Of a DNA stretch of 64,000 bases, positions 51,200 through 63,725 are shown piece after piece. The DNA lies in NCBI RefSeq assembly GCF_006345805.1, contig NC_043005.1:23870001-23934000 (forward strand). Reading direction: 5' to 3'. Each line of letters opens with the position of its first letter. Positions within the stretch are counted from its first letter, which is position 1. Made by a program: the position numbers and the translations under genes. This DNA is from Octopus sinensis. Taxonomy: Eukaryota. The notes below the pieces were generated by a model. The model made no database searches and was not told the DNA's origin. It saw nothing but the letters and a program-made list of their open reading frames with translations.

Positions 51200-52290
51200 T
51201 TGTTACTTTAACTCTTCAGAGACTGTCCAACCAATCTTGAGGAAACTTGACACGTGTGTGGGGCTTATACCCATGCGGTCAATTACGCACTTGGAATTTC
51301 AAAAAATTAATAATTTTTAATCAGTATCAATTTTTCGAAAACCAAGAAGAGATTTCAATGCAAGTTCTCATATGAATGATATTTTCTGCCATGACGTTTA
51401 AAGTTTCCAACCGATTTTCTTGAAATTTTATACATAGATAGAATATGCGCTAATGATGGGTTGAGACAAATACATTTATTTTACGTACATGCACAAAAAT
51501 GACGACGACACCGGTTCGATACCAGACTCTGGTCAATCTTTCGTCAAATTGGTCCTACCCATTAATATAGATTTCAGTTTGACGTAAAATGCCGAAATTC
51601 GACGAAAAATGTTTCATGGGCATAAGCAGACAGCTTATTAACGGTAATCCCATTAGCATTTGCTAGTTCTTCATTTCAATACGAATCGTTTTCATTTGCT
51701 AAAACTTATTTCAGTTCTTTGATTTAATTACCCAGCCTTTCAAGTTTTAAATAGGTAAGTGTATTTTATATCTCAAGTATTTTCTGTTCAGTATTTCATG
51801 CATAACAATAGATATACTGACAATCAAACTATATTTATACAAACTACTACTTATATACAAGGTTTAACTTATCAGTATACCCTCTCTTAACTTGCGAATA
51901 CTTTAGGAATTCAGATTTGCGTTAAGTTACTATATGAACCTTAACTCTTCGGGGATATTCTCATGTGGGCCACAACTTACTTAAGAAAACCAGTGTGTGT
52001 GTTTGTGAATTTGATACTTTTACTCCTCTGAGACTATCCAACCGAACTTGATGAAACTTGACACGTGTGGGGGGCTTATGCCCATGCAGTCACTTACGTA
52101 CTTAGAATTTCAAAAAGTCGATAATTTTTAATCAGCATCGATTTTTCAAAAATCAATATGACATTTCAAAGCAAATTCTCACATGAATCTTATTTTCTGC
52201 CATAACTTTTAAAGTTTTCAACCGGTTTTGTTGAAATTTTATACAGAGATGGAATATGCACTAAGGATGTGTTGAGATAAATAAATCTTT
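51200..52290. repeat. Two about 270-bp diverged direct repeats (about 51200-51480 and 52010-52290), Helitron/Helentron-like
   Basis: Shared GAAACTTGACACGTGTG.GGGGCTTAT.CCCATGC.GTCA and AACCG.TTTT.TTGAAATTTTATACA.AGAT.GAATATGC. Confidence 0.7.
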
Positions 52291-52885
52291 ACCTAGGCCA
52301 CTCAAGCAAGGTATAAGAGGATTTTTGATTAACTGATTAAAGACATTTGGCCTAAATTGTTGTGGGGGTTAAAATGTTCATCAATTATTTCAGCATTCTC
52401 AGGTTGCTCTAACATGTATTTTTAACACCTGCACTTAAAATTATCGATTATAAACGTTGCAACGTTGTGTGCTAAAACATGTAATATGTATTTTCTTAAC
52501 ACCTGCACTTAAAATTGTCGGTTCTAACAGTTGCAATCGATATTTGATTCTCACGATTAGTGGAACTGTACCCATGAAATACAGTCGTCAAACTAAGTGC
52601 CTTTTCTCTAGATAATGTTTTGTTTACCTTTCAAACATTTATGTTCTTTTTTCATAGCACTCCGTTACAATTCCCTTTTTGATGTTTCCATTGATTGTAT
52701 ATTTGCAGCTTTCCACTCATCTGACCAAACGATTGTCATGTTTCGCGAATGAATTTGCTTACGCCTTCTATTATCTGTCCTATGTCTTGATTTCATTTTT
52801 CGTCTGAGAGAAATTAGGCATTGTAATGGGTACTGGGAATATTCCCGCTCCTGGGTATTATTGGGTGAGATTTATCATTGTTATA

Positions 52886-53000
<115 letters not shown>

Positions 53001-53664
53001 GTATATATATATAACATTATTGGTGAATTGAAGAAATGGAGCTGAACGCAGATTGAACAGAAATCGTTTTATTTCATTCTACACGTGTTTCGAAAGGCAC
53101 AAATTACCAAAATCCGATTGAATAATGGGACCATATTGTGTCTTTCTCTTCAGGAAGAAAAAAGGAAATCCGTTGGAAAAACAAAAACAGAACAGAGGCA
53201 GAGCAAAAACAAATCGAACTGTGCTCCTAAGAGCCCATGGCGAAACTGTTATCAGTGTATGTTGAGAACCGGTGGCTGAAGAATTCAACAGGTCAGGCAT
53301 CGGTCAAACATGTGGGTGAGGGTGTATAGATGTTCTTTGTGACCGAGAATAAAGTTCTGACTATTTAAAGAATATTGGATGTTTTATAAGGGGCGAGAAA
53401 AAATCTACTTAGAGACGTGTGTGTGTGTATACTGTTCTATATATGTGTGTGTTGGCGTAGGGGTAGAAAACATTTTTTGTGTACGTGTGTGCGTTTGATC
53501 GTTCGGCTGTCAGTGGCTACTGCCGTGATAACCGTTGGGTGGCAGAAAGAAAAAAATAAAGAAATTATATATATATATTTTTTATGTTTTATGTGTGTGT
53601 GTGTGTGTTCATCTAAGCCTACCTTGACAAGGAAACCCCCCGCTGTGAAAGAACAAGCCCCATA

Positions 53665-53775
53665 TACATATGTGTGTATATATATTAAAAAAGATTAAAG
53701 ATTTATACAAATTAAATTTGTACATATGTGTGTATATATATTAAAAAAGATTAAAGATTTATACAAATTAAATTT
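53665..53775. repeat. 56-bp tandem duplication
   Basis: TACATATGTGTGTATATATATTAAAAAAGATTAAAGATTTATACAAATTAAATTT twice. Confidence 0.9.
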
Positions 53776-53776
53776 T

Positions 53777-54179
<403 letters not shown>

Positions 54180-54271
54180 CAATGATAAATCTCACCCAAT
54201 AATACCCAGGAGCGGGGATATTCCCAGTACCCATTACAATGCCTAATTTCTCTCAGACGAAAAATGAAATC

Positions 54272-54302
<31 letters not shown>

Positions 54303-55417
54303 CGTGTATTCTCCCTATAGAATGCACTTCTCAGTGCTCAAGAGATATAAACTTGAGTAGGTAGAGAAGTAGGTGTGAGGATAAGCAAGTAAGGCAAATT
54401 GATATACAAAAGTATAAAATACATTTAATAGAAAAAATGCACATAGGTTTACATATAAAAAAAGTTCGACTGTGTGTACCTACATATATAGTTTCATATG
54501 TTCTGAAATACTCAAGCATATTCTTCAGGCGCAAACCACATATCATAACGAACTGAAAAATTGAATAATATCAGAAACGCGAATGTAAAATAACGGAAAG
54601 CGAAAACACAAAACACGGAAAACTGCAGTAATGACTATCAACCACATGTTTAGACAAATTTAGCTTTAACTGATACAGAAAAATTGTGATTAACATAACA
54701 CTGATTTCGCAAATAGATGGCGGACTGGGTAAAAATTCGTTATTTGCGATCGCAGCAGTACTGGTTCAGAATAACATTATTGTTTGTGAAGGTGTTGCTT
54801 ACGTATTTACAAATTTTGTCACGGTATAGTTATATTTTATTATCTCCGTTGAAACTGGTCTATCGACGTAGAAAACCCAATTATGCCAATAAGAGTTTCT
54901 GTTCTGATTTAATAATGTTTTCTTCTGTTCTTTTTTTAGATGGCATGGCTGTATCTTCAGTTTAAGTGTTTAGTGGCTCAGCTAGACATTCATTTGCAAC
55001 AAGGAACCATAGGAAATCATTATAATGGTATGCACAAAATGAAATGAAATTGAATAGAAAACAATGGCTCAGAGAATTTCCATCTTGTTTAGAATTCCAC
55101 GAAAATAGCAAAAATAATATGGAAGCTTTACTAAAGAAAAAATAAAGACCTAAACCAGACAGACAAATACACCCTATGTACAAAATACGTACATTTTGAT
55201 AACATTAAATCTACCAGGATTTATCGTTCGATAATTTTAAATCCGATGTGGAGGATTTTATCAGTTGTAAAATCGCTCTCAAGACCGTTTCCGATTTAAT
55301 GAAGAATGCCATTATAACAGTTTCATTTTAAAAATGTGAATCTTGAAATCACAAAACGTCAGGCAAATGAATTTGGGGATATTATTGTTCGAAATTAAAT
55401 GTGAGTTAATAAGGAAA

Positions 55418-56300
55418 TACGAAATGGTATAAAAAGTTCTCGAACTAGTTCTGTAGCACACCAACAGAAGGCAGCACGCGGTATCATGTGCACTGAGGGC
55501 TAGCAGTGACCTTCATGAGGCAGTGTATCGAGTGACATCGCTGTGCTTACTTCATAAGGTTTGAAAGTTGTGTTTTTGCATGTCATAGTCTGCGATTTTT
55601 GTCATGGTCAGAAATTTGGAACAAAGAGCCGACGGGAAATTTTGCGTTAAACTCGAGAAGTCTGCTACAGATACATTGAGCATGTTTCGGGAAGCTTACG
55701 GCGATGAGGCAATGCGTCGCACTCAATGATTCAAGTGGCACGGGTGCTTCAAAAGCGAAAGAACGTCCCTAGAAGACTTTGACGATCTGGAAGAATTGCC
55801 ACAAGCAACCCACCTAGAAATGTATTGTGCATGGATAATTCGTTCCCCCTGGGCCAGATCGTTAATCGAGCGTTCTATTGCGACATGCTGAAGGAGGATA
55901 TACGACGAAAGCGACAAGGTCTGTGGAGAGCAAAAAATTGGATTCGTCATCGAGCTCTCCTCACTTGTGAGTTTCTCGCTAAAAGCAATATGGTATCGCT
56001 TCCGAACCCGCCTTATTCGCCAGATTCAACACCTGCGGACTTCCATCTCTTCCCTAAGATGAAAATGTAGCTCAAAGGTCTTCGCCATTTTAACATCGTT
56101 TTCGAGATTCAGAGCAAATCGTAGAAGGTCCTCGACTCACGGAAAACAGGCCGGATTCCAAAAGTGGCAGGAACGCCGGGACCGATGTATTGCTGCGCAA
56201 GGTGATTATTTCGAAGAAGATCATGTTTAAACTTAGGTAAATAAGTTATTTCTTTCATTAAACAACTTCTCTGGGAACCTTTAGATGCCACCGCCTGAAT
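55418..56300 (+). mobile_element. Internally deleted mariner (irritans-like N-terminus)
   Basis: LEQRADGKFCVKLEKSATDT...AYGDEAM; NPPYSPDSTPADFHLFPKMK; ...KWQERRDRCIAAQGDYFE. TIRs degenerate. Confidence 0.85.
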
Positions 56301-57059
56301 AAAACACTGTGCAAAGCAAAATAAAGTAGAATATATAATATACATCTCTATATATGTGTGCGTGCGTGTGTGTGTGTGTGTGTATGCGTGTGTGTGTATG
56401 CGTGCGTGTGTGTGTGTGTTTGTGTTTTGCTCTCTGTATATATGGACATTCGTATGTGCGTGTATATATCTATATATGTATATATATGTGTGTGTGTGTG
56501 TGTATGTTGATACTACTGGCAAATTTAGACTTTTCTTCCTTACGGCAAAATAACTTATTCCACTTTGTGAACTTATACTATTGTTGACTGTTGTATTCTG
56601 TCACCATCCACCTCGGAGTCTACTTGTTTTGTCTACATATATATGTGTTCTCTTCTTAATTGCAGTTTTAGAGTCTATTTTGATCGGATGGCAACTCAGC
56701 AAGAATGTAAAAAACAAGTTGAACAAAAAAATACCAACAACACAAAAAGCAAAAAAAAAAAAACGCATAAACTGGAGTTTCTTTCGTCATTTGTGGGATT
56801 GTGCATATCGGTGTAAAATCGAAGTATCGATTTACGTGACATTACACTGACAAAACTAAAACTTAACGACTCGATAAGTAGATATCCTCTAAATGGAAAA
56901 AAAAAAATTAATGGCAGCGTCGTCCTACACGTATTACTGTATTTAGTTGCTCTCAATTTCTGAATTTAAATTAATTCATATTTTGTTTTCTTAGACACTC
57001 ACGAAACATGTTAGTGTGTACGGTCGCGCACGTGTGTGTGTGTGTGTGTAGGTGTGCGG

Positions 57060-57230
57060 ATCGCAGAAGGTCCTCGACTCATTTACAGAAAATAGACCGG
57101 ATTCGAAAAGTGGCAGGAACGTCGGGAGCGATGTATTTTAGTGCAAAGTGATTGTTTCGAAGGAGATGATAAAACTTTGGTAAATAAGGCTTTTTTAAAA
57201 TTAAATATAACTAGTCCGGAAATATTTTGA
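57060..57230 (+). mobile_element. Duplicate of the mariner 3' end at about 56120-56270
   Basis: GAAGGTCCTCGACTCA...AAAAGTGGCAGGAACG.CGGGA.CGATGTATT is shared. Confidence 0.75.
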
Positions 57231-57265
57231 AAAGTTTTACTCGATAAGTAAATATATTCTAAATG

Positions 57266-57647
57266 TGGAGGCGCAATGGCCCAGTGGTTAGGGCAGCGGA
57301 CTCGCGGTCATAGGATCGCGGTTTCGATTCCCAGACCGGGCGTTGTGAGTGTTTATTGAGCGAAAACACCTAAAGCTCCACGAGGCTCCGACAGGGGATG
57401 GTGGTTATCCCTGCTGTACTCTTTCACCACAACTTTCTCTCACTCTTACTTCCTGTTTCTGTTGTACCTGTATTTCAAAGGGCCGGCCTTGTCACTCTCT
57501 GTGTCACGCTGAATATCCCCGAGAACTACGTTAAGGGTACACGTGTCTGTGGAGTGCTCAGGGTACACGTATCTGTGGAGGCTGTTCCGTTGATTCGGAT
57601 CAACCGGAACCCTCGTCGTCGTAACCGACGGAGTACTTCCATCCATC
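57266..57647 (+). mobile_element. tRNA-derived SINE family D, full length with 9-bp TSD
   Basis: A-box TGGCCCAGTGG, B-box GGTTTCGATTCC, (TCCA)n tail. TTCTAAATG at 57257-57265 and 57648-57656. Confidence 0.9.
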
Positions 57648-57804
57648 TTCTAAATGAAAAAGAAAAAAAAATTAATGACAGCGCCGGCCTACATGCATTA
57701 TTTAGTTGCTCTCAATTTCTAAATTTACATTCAGAATTTGTTTTCACAAAAACACACAAAACATGTTAGTGTATACGCACGCGCGTGTCTGTAGGTGTGT
57801 TTCT

Positions 57805-58000
57805 TTAGCTTAATGGTTAGAGTTTTGAACTCATACTCGTGAGGCTGTACTTTCGATTCAAGGACCGAGCGAAGCATCGTGTTCTTGAGCAAAACACTTC
57901 TTTTCACGTTGCTCCAGTCCCCTCAGCTGGCAAAAAAGAGTAATCTTACGACGGACCGGCGTCCATAGGTTCATTAAGGTGGGGAACCGGCTTTATGAAA
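57805..58000 (+). mobile_element. SINE family A
   Basis: TAGCTTAATGGTTAGAG head, GTGTTCTTGAGCAAAACACTTC...CACGTTGCTCCAGTCC.CTCAGCTGG. Confidence 0.7.
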
Positions 58001-58656
58001 TTATAGCTCGGGAAGGACCTTTGATACTTTCGATAGTTTTAAGGAGCTCGCTTCGAGAGTTGCATTTCCTCTCGTTCGGTAAAATGTCTTTATTATGGTA
58101 GTTTTGACTTTAAGAGTCCCTCGTAGCGTGAGGCATTTATGTATAGTAATGCCCTTAATATAAATAAATGTATTTAAAGGGAATAATTAATAGTTTTTCC
58201 CTTATGAGGCTTCTCACGCTGACTACTTGATAATTTCTTTTGAAGATTTTATCCTATCTTTAAATTGTAAATTTAATCGGAATATATTCAGTGCTGAATT
58301 TATTCTGAATAAACACGTGTACCGAGATGCAATTCGAAAAGCACGCCTCTTACATAGATATATAAGAGTGAACAATTCTATGTACTATACTGGATACATT
58401 TGGTGTTCGTCAGGTATGTTGATTCTTTTGTTCATTTTTGTGTATCCTGATTATGCCTGCACTGACGATTAAAAAGTGCATTTTGTGCACTATTTGTGAA
58501 ATCATATGAACTGCAGCTGAATCTGTTTCTAAGGAGCTCGCTGACTACTTGATAAATTTTTATAAAGATTTTATCCTATTTTAAAATTGTATTATATATA
58601 TGTATATATATACATGTGCATGCCGTTAGACACACACATACACATATATGTATATA

Positions 58657-58705
<49 letters not shown>

Positions 58706-58809
58706 TTCAGAAAAAATATATCTTCAAAATTTTCAATATGCTAGGCTACTGGTTTTAAATTGATATTAATCAAATTAATATTCAATTTTTTCACCCTTAT
58801 TATTTAAAT

Positions 58810-58873
<64 letters not shown>

Positions 58874-58991
58874 TGTGTGTGTGTGTGCGTGTGTGTGTGT
58901 GTGTGTGTGTATTGTAATAAAGGGTATAAATCATTAATAATTTTACCTGGTGGACAGCGCGGAAATAAAAAGCCTCATAGGTAAATTTTAC

Positions 58992-59063
58992 AAAATATTT
59001 TATGATTATATACGTAATTATAACAAGCCAATCCCTTGTTATAATTATGTATATAATTATAAA

Positions 59064-59070
<7 letters not shown>
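58992..59070 (+). repeat. 79-nt hairpin, 36-bp stem, 7-nt loop
   Basis: Arms differ at only 2 of 36 positions, both G-U pairs in a plus-strand transcript. Confidence 0.9.
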
Positions 59071-59123
<53 letters not shown>

Positions 59124-59339
59124 GTTGTGTGTATCTACATATATGCACTGTTCTCTGGATCTCGTCACCATTATTCATCATGATCATTGATCATCATCAT
59201 TAAACAATGATGTTGATCATAATGATCATATGTTAACAAAACCAGAAACTACCATTAATTACATCGCTATAAAGCGCAATTCCGAACTCAAATCTACTAA
59301 ATTCATCCTTAATATTTATTTATTTAGAGATTCTTAATA

Positions 59340-59515
59340 TTCTTACTCGTTACAGTCATCAGGCTGCAGCCATGCTGGGGCACCGCCTTGAAAATTTTTC
59401 TTTGAAGCCTGGTACTTATTCTATCGATATCTCTTACCGAAACGCTAAGTTAAGGAAACGTAAACACACCAACACCGTTTGTCGAGCGGTGGTTTGGGAT
59501 AAACACATACACATA
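59340..59515 (-). mobile_element. SINE family B, 3' half
   Basis: GCCATGCTGGGGCACCGCCTT...GGTACTTATTCTATCG...CGCTAAGTT. Confidence 0.7.
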
Positions 59516-59831
59516 AATATAAGTTTAGAGAGTTTGCAGAGAAGCACTCAACCAAAGCCTGAATTCCTCAGATGTAGAAAATACAAGTTTCACGACGATC
59601 TCCCCTAAAATGGGTTTGGCGAAGAATAAATAATCCAGATGATAAAAAGAAGGCAATGAAAATTCTTTAGCCCATTTTTAATGAATCGTTATAAATGTTT
59701 CTTTACTAACTGTATTTGCAACGTCAGTTTATGTAAAAATTCGAAGTGAAAATTTAGGTAATGTCTAAAACTGCAATCATAACGTAAATTTTCACTTCGA
59801 AATTTTCGTACAGAAACAATTGTAACGATTC

Positions 59832-60200
59832 ATGGTAAGTAGCTAGCTTACCAACCACATGGTTCCGGGTTCAGTCCCTCTGCGTGGTACCTTGGGCAAG
59901 TGTCTTCTACTATAGCCTTGGGCCGACCAAAGACTTGTGAGTGGATTTGGTAGACGGAAGCTGAACGAAGCCCGTCGTATATATGTATATATATATATAT
60001 ATAGTTAATCCAAACAAGAAAGCACAAAAAAACACAACAACGCGAGGACGTGGAACAAATATAGTATTATTGGACGCTCAGGAAAGAAGGAAAGAAGGAG
60101 GGTTTAAAGTTTCGAGCGGAGCTCTTCGTCAGAAACATAGGAGAAGGAAAGATCCAGAGAAGGGAAGACAGAGGAAAAAAAAATCGCCAACGGTACACAC

Positions 60201-60267
<67 letters not shown>

Positions 60268-60717
60268 GTGTGTGTGTGGTTGATCATTCGGTACTAGTTA
60301 CATAGCTGTCACTTATAAACCCACGTGGGTTTATTTACATTTCTGAAGAAAAAAGAAACACTTCCCCCCAACACTAACCCTAACCCTAACCCTAAACTCA
60401 CATATATAAAAACAATTTACGGAAAGTGACGATCTTCTTCAAATGTAAACGTGATGTATACGGTACTCATATCGAAAGAATGCCTCTGTGTGTGTGTGTG
60501 TGTGTATGTTTGTGTGCCTGTGTTTGTCCCCCCACCATCGCTCGACAACCAATGCTGGTGTGTTTACGTCCCCGTAACTTTGCGGTTTGGCAAAAAAAGA
60601 TCGATAGAATAAGTACTAGGCTTACAAAGAATAAGTCCTGGGGTCGACTTGCTCAACTAAAGGCGGTGCTCCAGCATGGCCGCAGTCAAATATGGCTGAA
60701 ACAAAAAAAAAGAGTAA
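59832..60717 (+). mobile_element. SINE family B split at its internal microsatellite by about 500 bp of inserted DNA
   Basis: 5' half 59832-59979, 3' half about 60515-60717. The intervening DNA contains (TA)n, the 60004-60203 element and an unclassified 60270-60485 segment. Confidence 0.75.
60004..60203 (-). mobile_element. 200-bp non-coding element in (TA)n carrying a hammerhead motif (60102-60136)
   Basis: RNA GUUU-CUGACGA-A-GAGC-ucc-GCUC-GAAA-C-UUU-AAAC; one change (G>U) from a CGUU stem III / cleavage site. Confidence 0.65.
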
Positions 60718-60797
60718 AATAGTAGATGCTTTAAGGAATTTTTGTCTTCCTCTTATCATTTGGATTATTTCCTCTTCGCCACCCCCTCCCATATATA

Positions 60798-60943
60798 GTC
60801 GTGGCTATGTGGTAAGAAGCTTGCTTCCCAACCACACGGATTCGGCTGCGCCGTACCTTGGGCAAGTGTCTTCTACTATAGCTTCGGGCCGACTAAAACC
60901 TTGTGATTGGATTTAGTAGATGGAAGCTGAAGGAAGTCCGTCG
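60798..60943 (+). mobile_element. SINE family B, 5' half
   Basis: GTGGCTATGTGGTAAGAAGCTTGCTTCCCAACCAC...CCTTGGGCAAGTGTCTTCTACTATAGC. Confidence 0.8.
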
Positions 60944-61007
60944 CATGTATGCATGTATGTATGCATGTATGTATGTATGTATGTATGTATGTATGTATGT
61001 ATGCATA

Positions 61008-61088
61008 AGTTTTAGTTGCCAATTCTGTACAAGACATTGTAGATCTTTAGCTGGGCTAAAAAGTCACATTCGATCACAGCACCAGTAA
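61008..61088 (+). mobile_element. Isolated C2H2 finger typical of RTE-type LINE ORF2 C-termini
   Basis: FSCQFCTRHCRSLAGLKSHIRSQHQ*; a single finger with a stop, preceded by (TATG)n. Confidence 0.5.
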
Positions 61089-61706
61089 CAGTTAAGCTTC
61101 GTGCAATGGCCATACGCGATAACGAGAGGGCAGCCATAATGTATGTATGTATTTATGTATGTATGTAAGTATGTATGAAATTCTGTGTGTGAGTGTGTGT
61201 GTGTGTGTGTGAGTGAGTGTGTGTGTGTGAGTGTGTGTGGTGTGTGTGTGTGTGTGTGCGTGTGTGTGTGTGTGTGTGATCCATGAAAGACAGCCGACTT
61301 TTAATTTTTTTTGCAGCTAAATTGAAATAAATGTCAGAAAAAGAAATACAAATGAGAAAAGACAAATAAAGGAGAAAAACATGACGAAGGATAAAGTAAA
61401 AAGAGAGACATATGTATTTATACAATTATGTGCGCATGTATATAATACTGTATTACATATATATTTACGAAGATATACATATACATATATATATATATAT
61501 AGTTGTGTATTTGAGTGTGTATATATATATATACATGTATATATACACATATAGGTACATATATATCTATATATATACACACATATGCACACATACACAT
61601 GCATACATTCATACATACATACACACATACATACATACATTCATATATACATACTTACATACATACATTCATACTTTCATTCATTCATAGTCATACATAC
61701 ATAGCT

Positions 61707-61830
<124 letters not shown>

Positions 61831-62266
61831 GTACATATATATGCATATGTACATAACCTCAGACACACACACAGTCAAATATGTCTTCCTCTTTCTTTCA
61901 CCACCTCTCCTTTCGTCTCTTGTTTTGTTCCTCAGTACTGTTATCTTTACTTTCTTGATAATGTTGCTTCATCATTTTATTGAAGTTTCAATTTATCGGA
62001 TTCTCTTTTCGACTTATCACTGTTCTCTACGACCCATTCAGGAAATGGAGTGTTTGTGGAAAGAGGTTGAACTGTTTGTCTTTTACAACCCACACGCTGA
62101 TCCATGAATACGCCATAATCAGCTGAAGTAAACTGAAGATAGTATTCGACCGAATGAAATTGCAAAACAACAATGAAAGACGTCATTGAGAAAGAAAAGA
62201 ACAACGAAAAAGACGAATAAAATAAGAAAAGAATTGAGAGAAATGAACACATATTCACCCATCCAC

Positions 62267-62310
<44 letters not shown>

Positions 62311-62779
62311 TGTATATCAAGGTAAAATCGTGGCACAACAACGAAACAAAACATTGAATATACGACAAACTGTAGCATGCTGTACTTTTACGCTACGAGG
62401 AAGAAGTAAGTTCTCAACATTTCGGACAAAAGAGAAAAGGATAGAGAAGAAAAGAAGATACTTTGTGAGGCACTGAGTAATGCAGATGGTGATACAATGT
62501 GCATGCCTATGTTTTTTGCTTGTTTGTGCGTGTGTTTAGCGTGGTTGGTTGCCTGTGTGCAAATACGTGACTGCGGATGTTTATGTGGATGTATGAATGA
62601 AAGCTTTTGACTAGGTAGATATATGTGCATATGTGCACAGAACCTCAAACACGCACACACCATTACGAAGGCACACAGTAAATGCTTTAAGTATCTCTCA
62701 GTTTAATCAGTACTAGAAAGCACTTCTCTTTGCGGAAAAAAAGTTACTATTCTCTTGTCGTTTCCCTGGCAAACCTTTT

Positions 62780-62915
62780 TTTAGCTACATGGAGTAGGGA
62801 TAGATGCTTTCAGGAAACAACTTCACCTCTCCCTCGCCAAGGTCCCAGATGAACCACGGCAAAGAAAATTCAAAAGAAGGCAGCAACATCGAACTCCCTA
62901 CTGCATCAAAAGCTA
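62780..62915 (+). mobile_element. CR1/L2-group LINE 3' terminal fragment
   Basis: LHGVGIDAFRKQLHLSLAKVPDEP...RAATSNSLLHQ (with a frameshift) fits the FK..LD..L..VPDEP...SNSL tail. Confidence 0.55.
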
Positions 62916-62989
62916 ATCACAAAAGAATGGCCATTGAATCTATGAGGAGATTCTGTCTTTGTATTGCACTGGTTTTTACAATGACTTAC

Positions 62990-63300
62990 ACTATATCCGA
63001 CGGTAACACAGACAATGACTTCAAAGAAAGGTTTAACAAGCATATGCATTGCATCGGTTCACGGAAGATCATGTTCCATCTCTCTGTTTCGATTCATTTG
63101 GAGGCTCTGGGATCAGGGAAATAATCTAGCCAATATAACATGGAACATTCTCGACTAGGCTTCTTGTTAGTCATCCTAGTGTCTATAAGAAAAAGCATAT
63201 ACTGGAACATCACACTACTCTGTAATAAGAAAACCCAGCAGCAATATAGTTGCCATGAATGGAGTTTTATGGAGTTTTCTGTTTGTTAACTTAAAAACAT
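62990..63300 (+). mobile_element. Degraded Penelope GIY-YIG fragment
   Basis: GNTDNDFKERFNKH then FIWRLWDQG...ITWNIL...CL*EK parallels 39400-39650. Confidence 0.55.
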
Positions 63301-63651
63301 CGACAGTTAATAACACCCTATTAATTATGAGTGGGGTGTTAGTTTTACCGGAAAATATCTAAGGAAAGAAAGAGACACAATTTCTGGTGATGCCTTCTGT
63401 CACCATCAGCTGCTGAGTTATTGATTCTATCGCGGGACTCTAAGTGGATATGACAACGAGCCTTAATTATCATTCAATGTCAATCGTACTTCTTTCAAAA
63501 GCCACAATTGCCTCATCAGTCATTATAGAATCGCCCAAACGTCACTTTTGCATCCGTGTAACTTAGTTACGCAAACCTGGGTTCTTTGTTAATACATATG
63601 TTTAACCTGCATAATAAGTGTTGAACGGTATTTTCCTTCGTCTACAAATTT

Positions 63652-63725
<74 letters not shown>

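Noticed and set aside
54717-54735. AGATGGCGGACTGG|GTAAAA as a first coding exon with a YY1-like motif
   Set aside because: Four codons and a weak donor; no downstream exon can be identified.
57266-57340. tRNA genes at the SINE heads (also 17766-17820, about 150-191, 57805)
   Set aside because: A and B boxes are present, but I could not fold a complete cloverleaf, and each continues into a SINE body or repeat.
60375-60392. (TAACCC)3 telomere-like motif
   Set aside because: Only three units, embedded in an interspersed fragment; no evidence of a telomere or fusion site.
61008-61088. Host C2H2 zinc-finger gene
   Set aside because: A single finger with no TGEKP linker or splice context; the pattern fits a LINE ORF2 C-terminus.
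62804-63124. 106-aa ORF as a host gene
   Set aside because: It spans a CR1/L2-type tail (read in another frame) and a Penelope GIY-YIG remnant.
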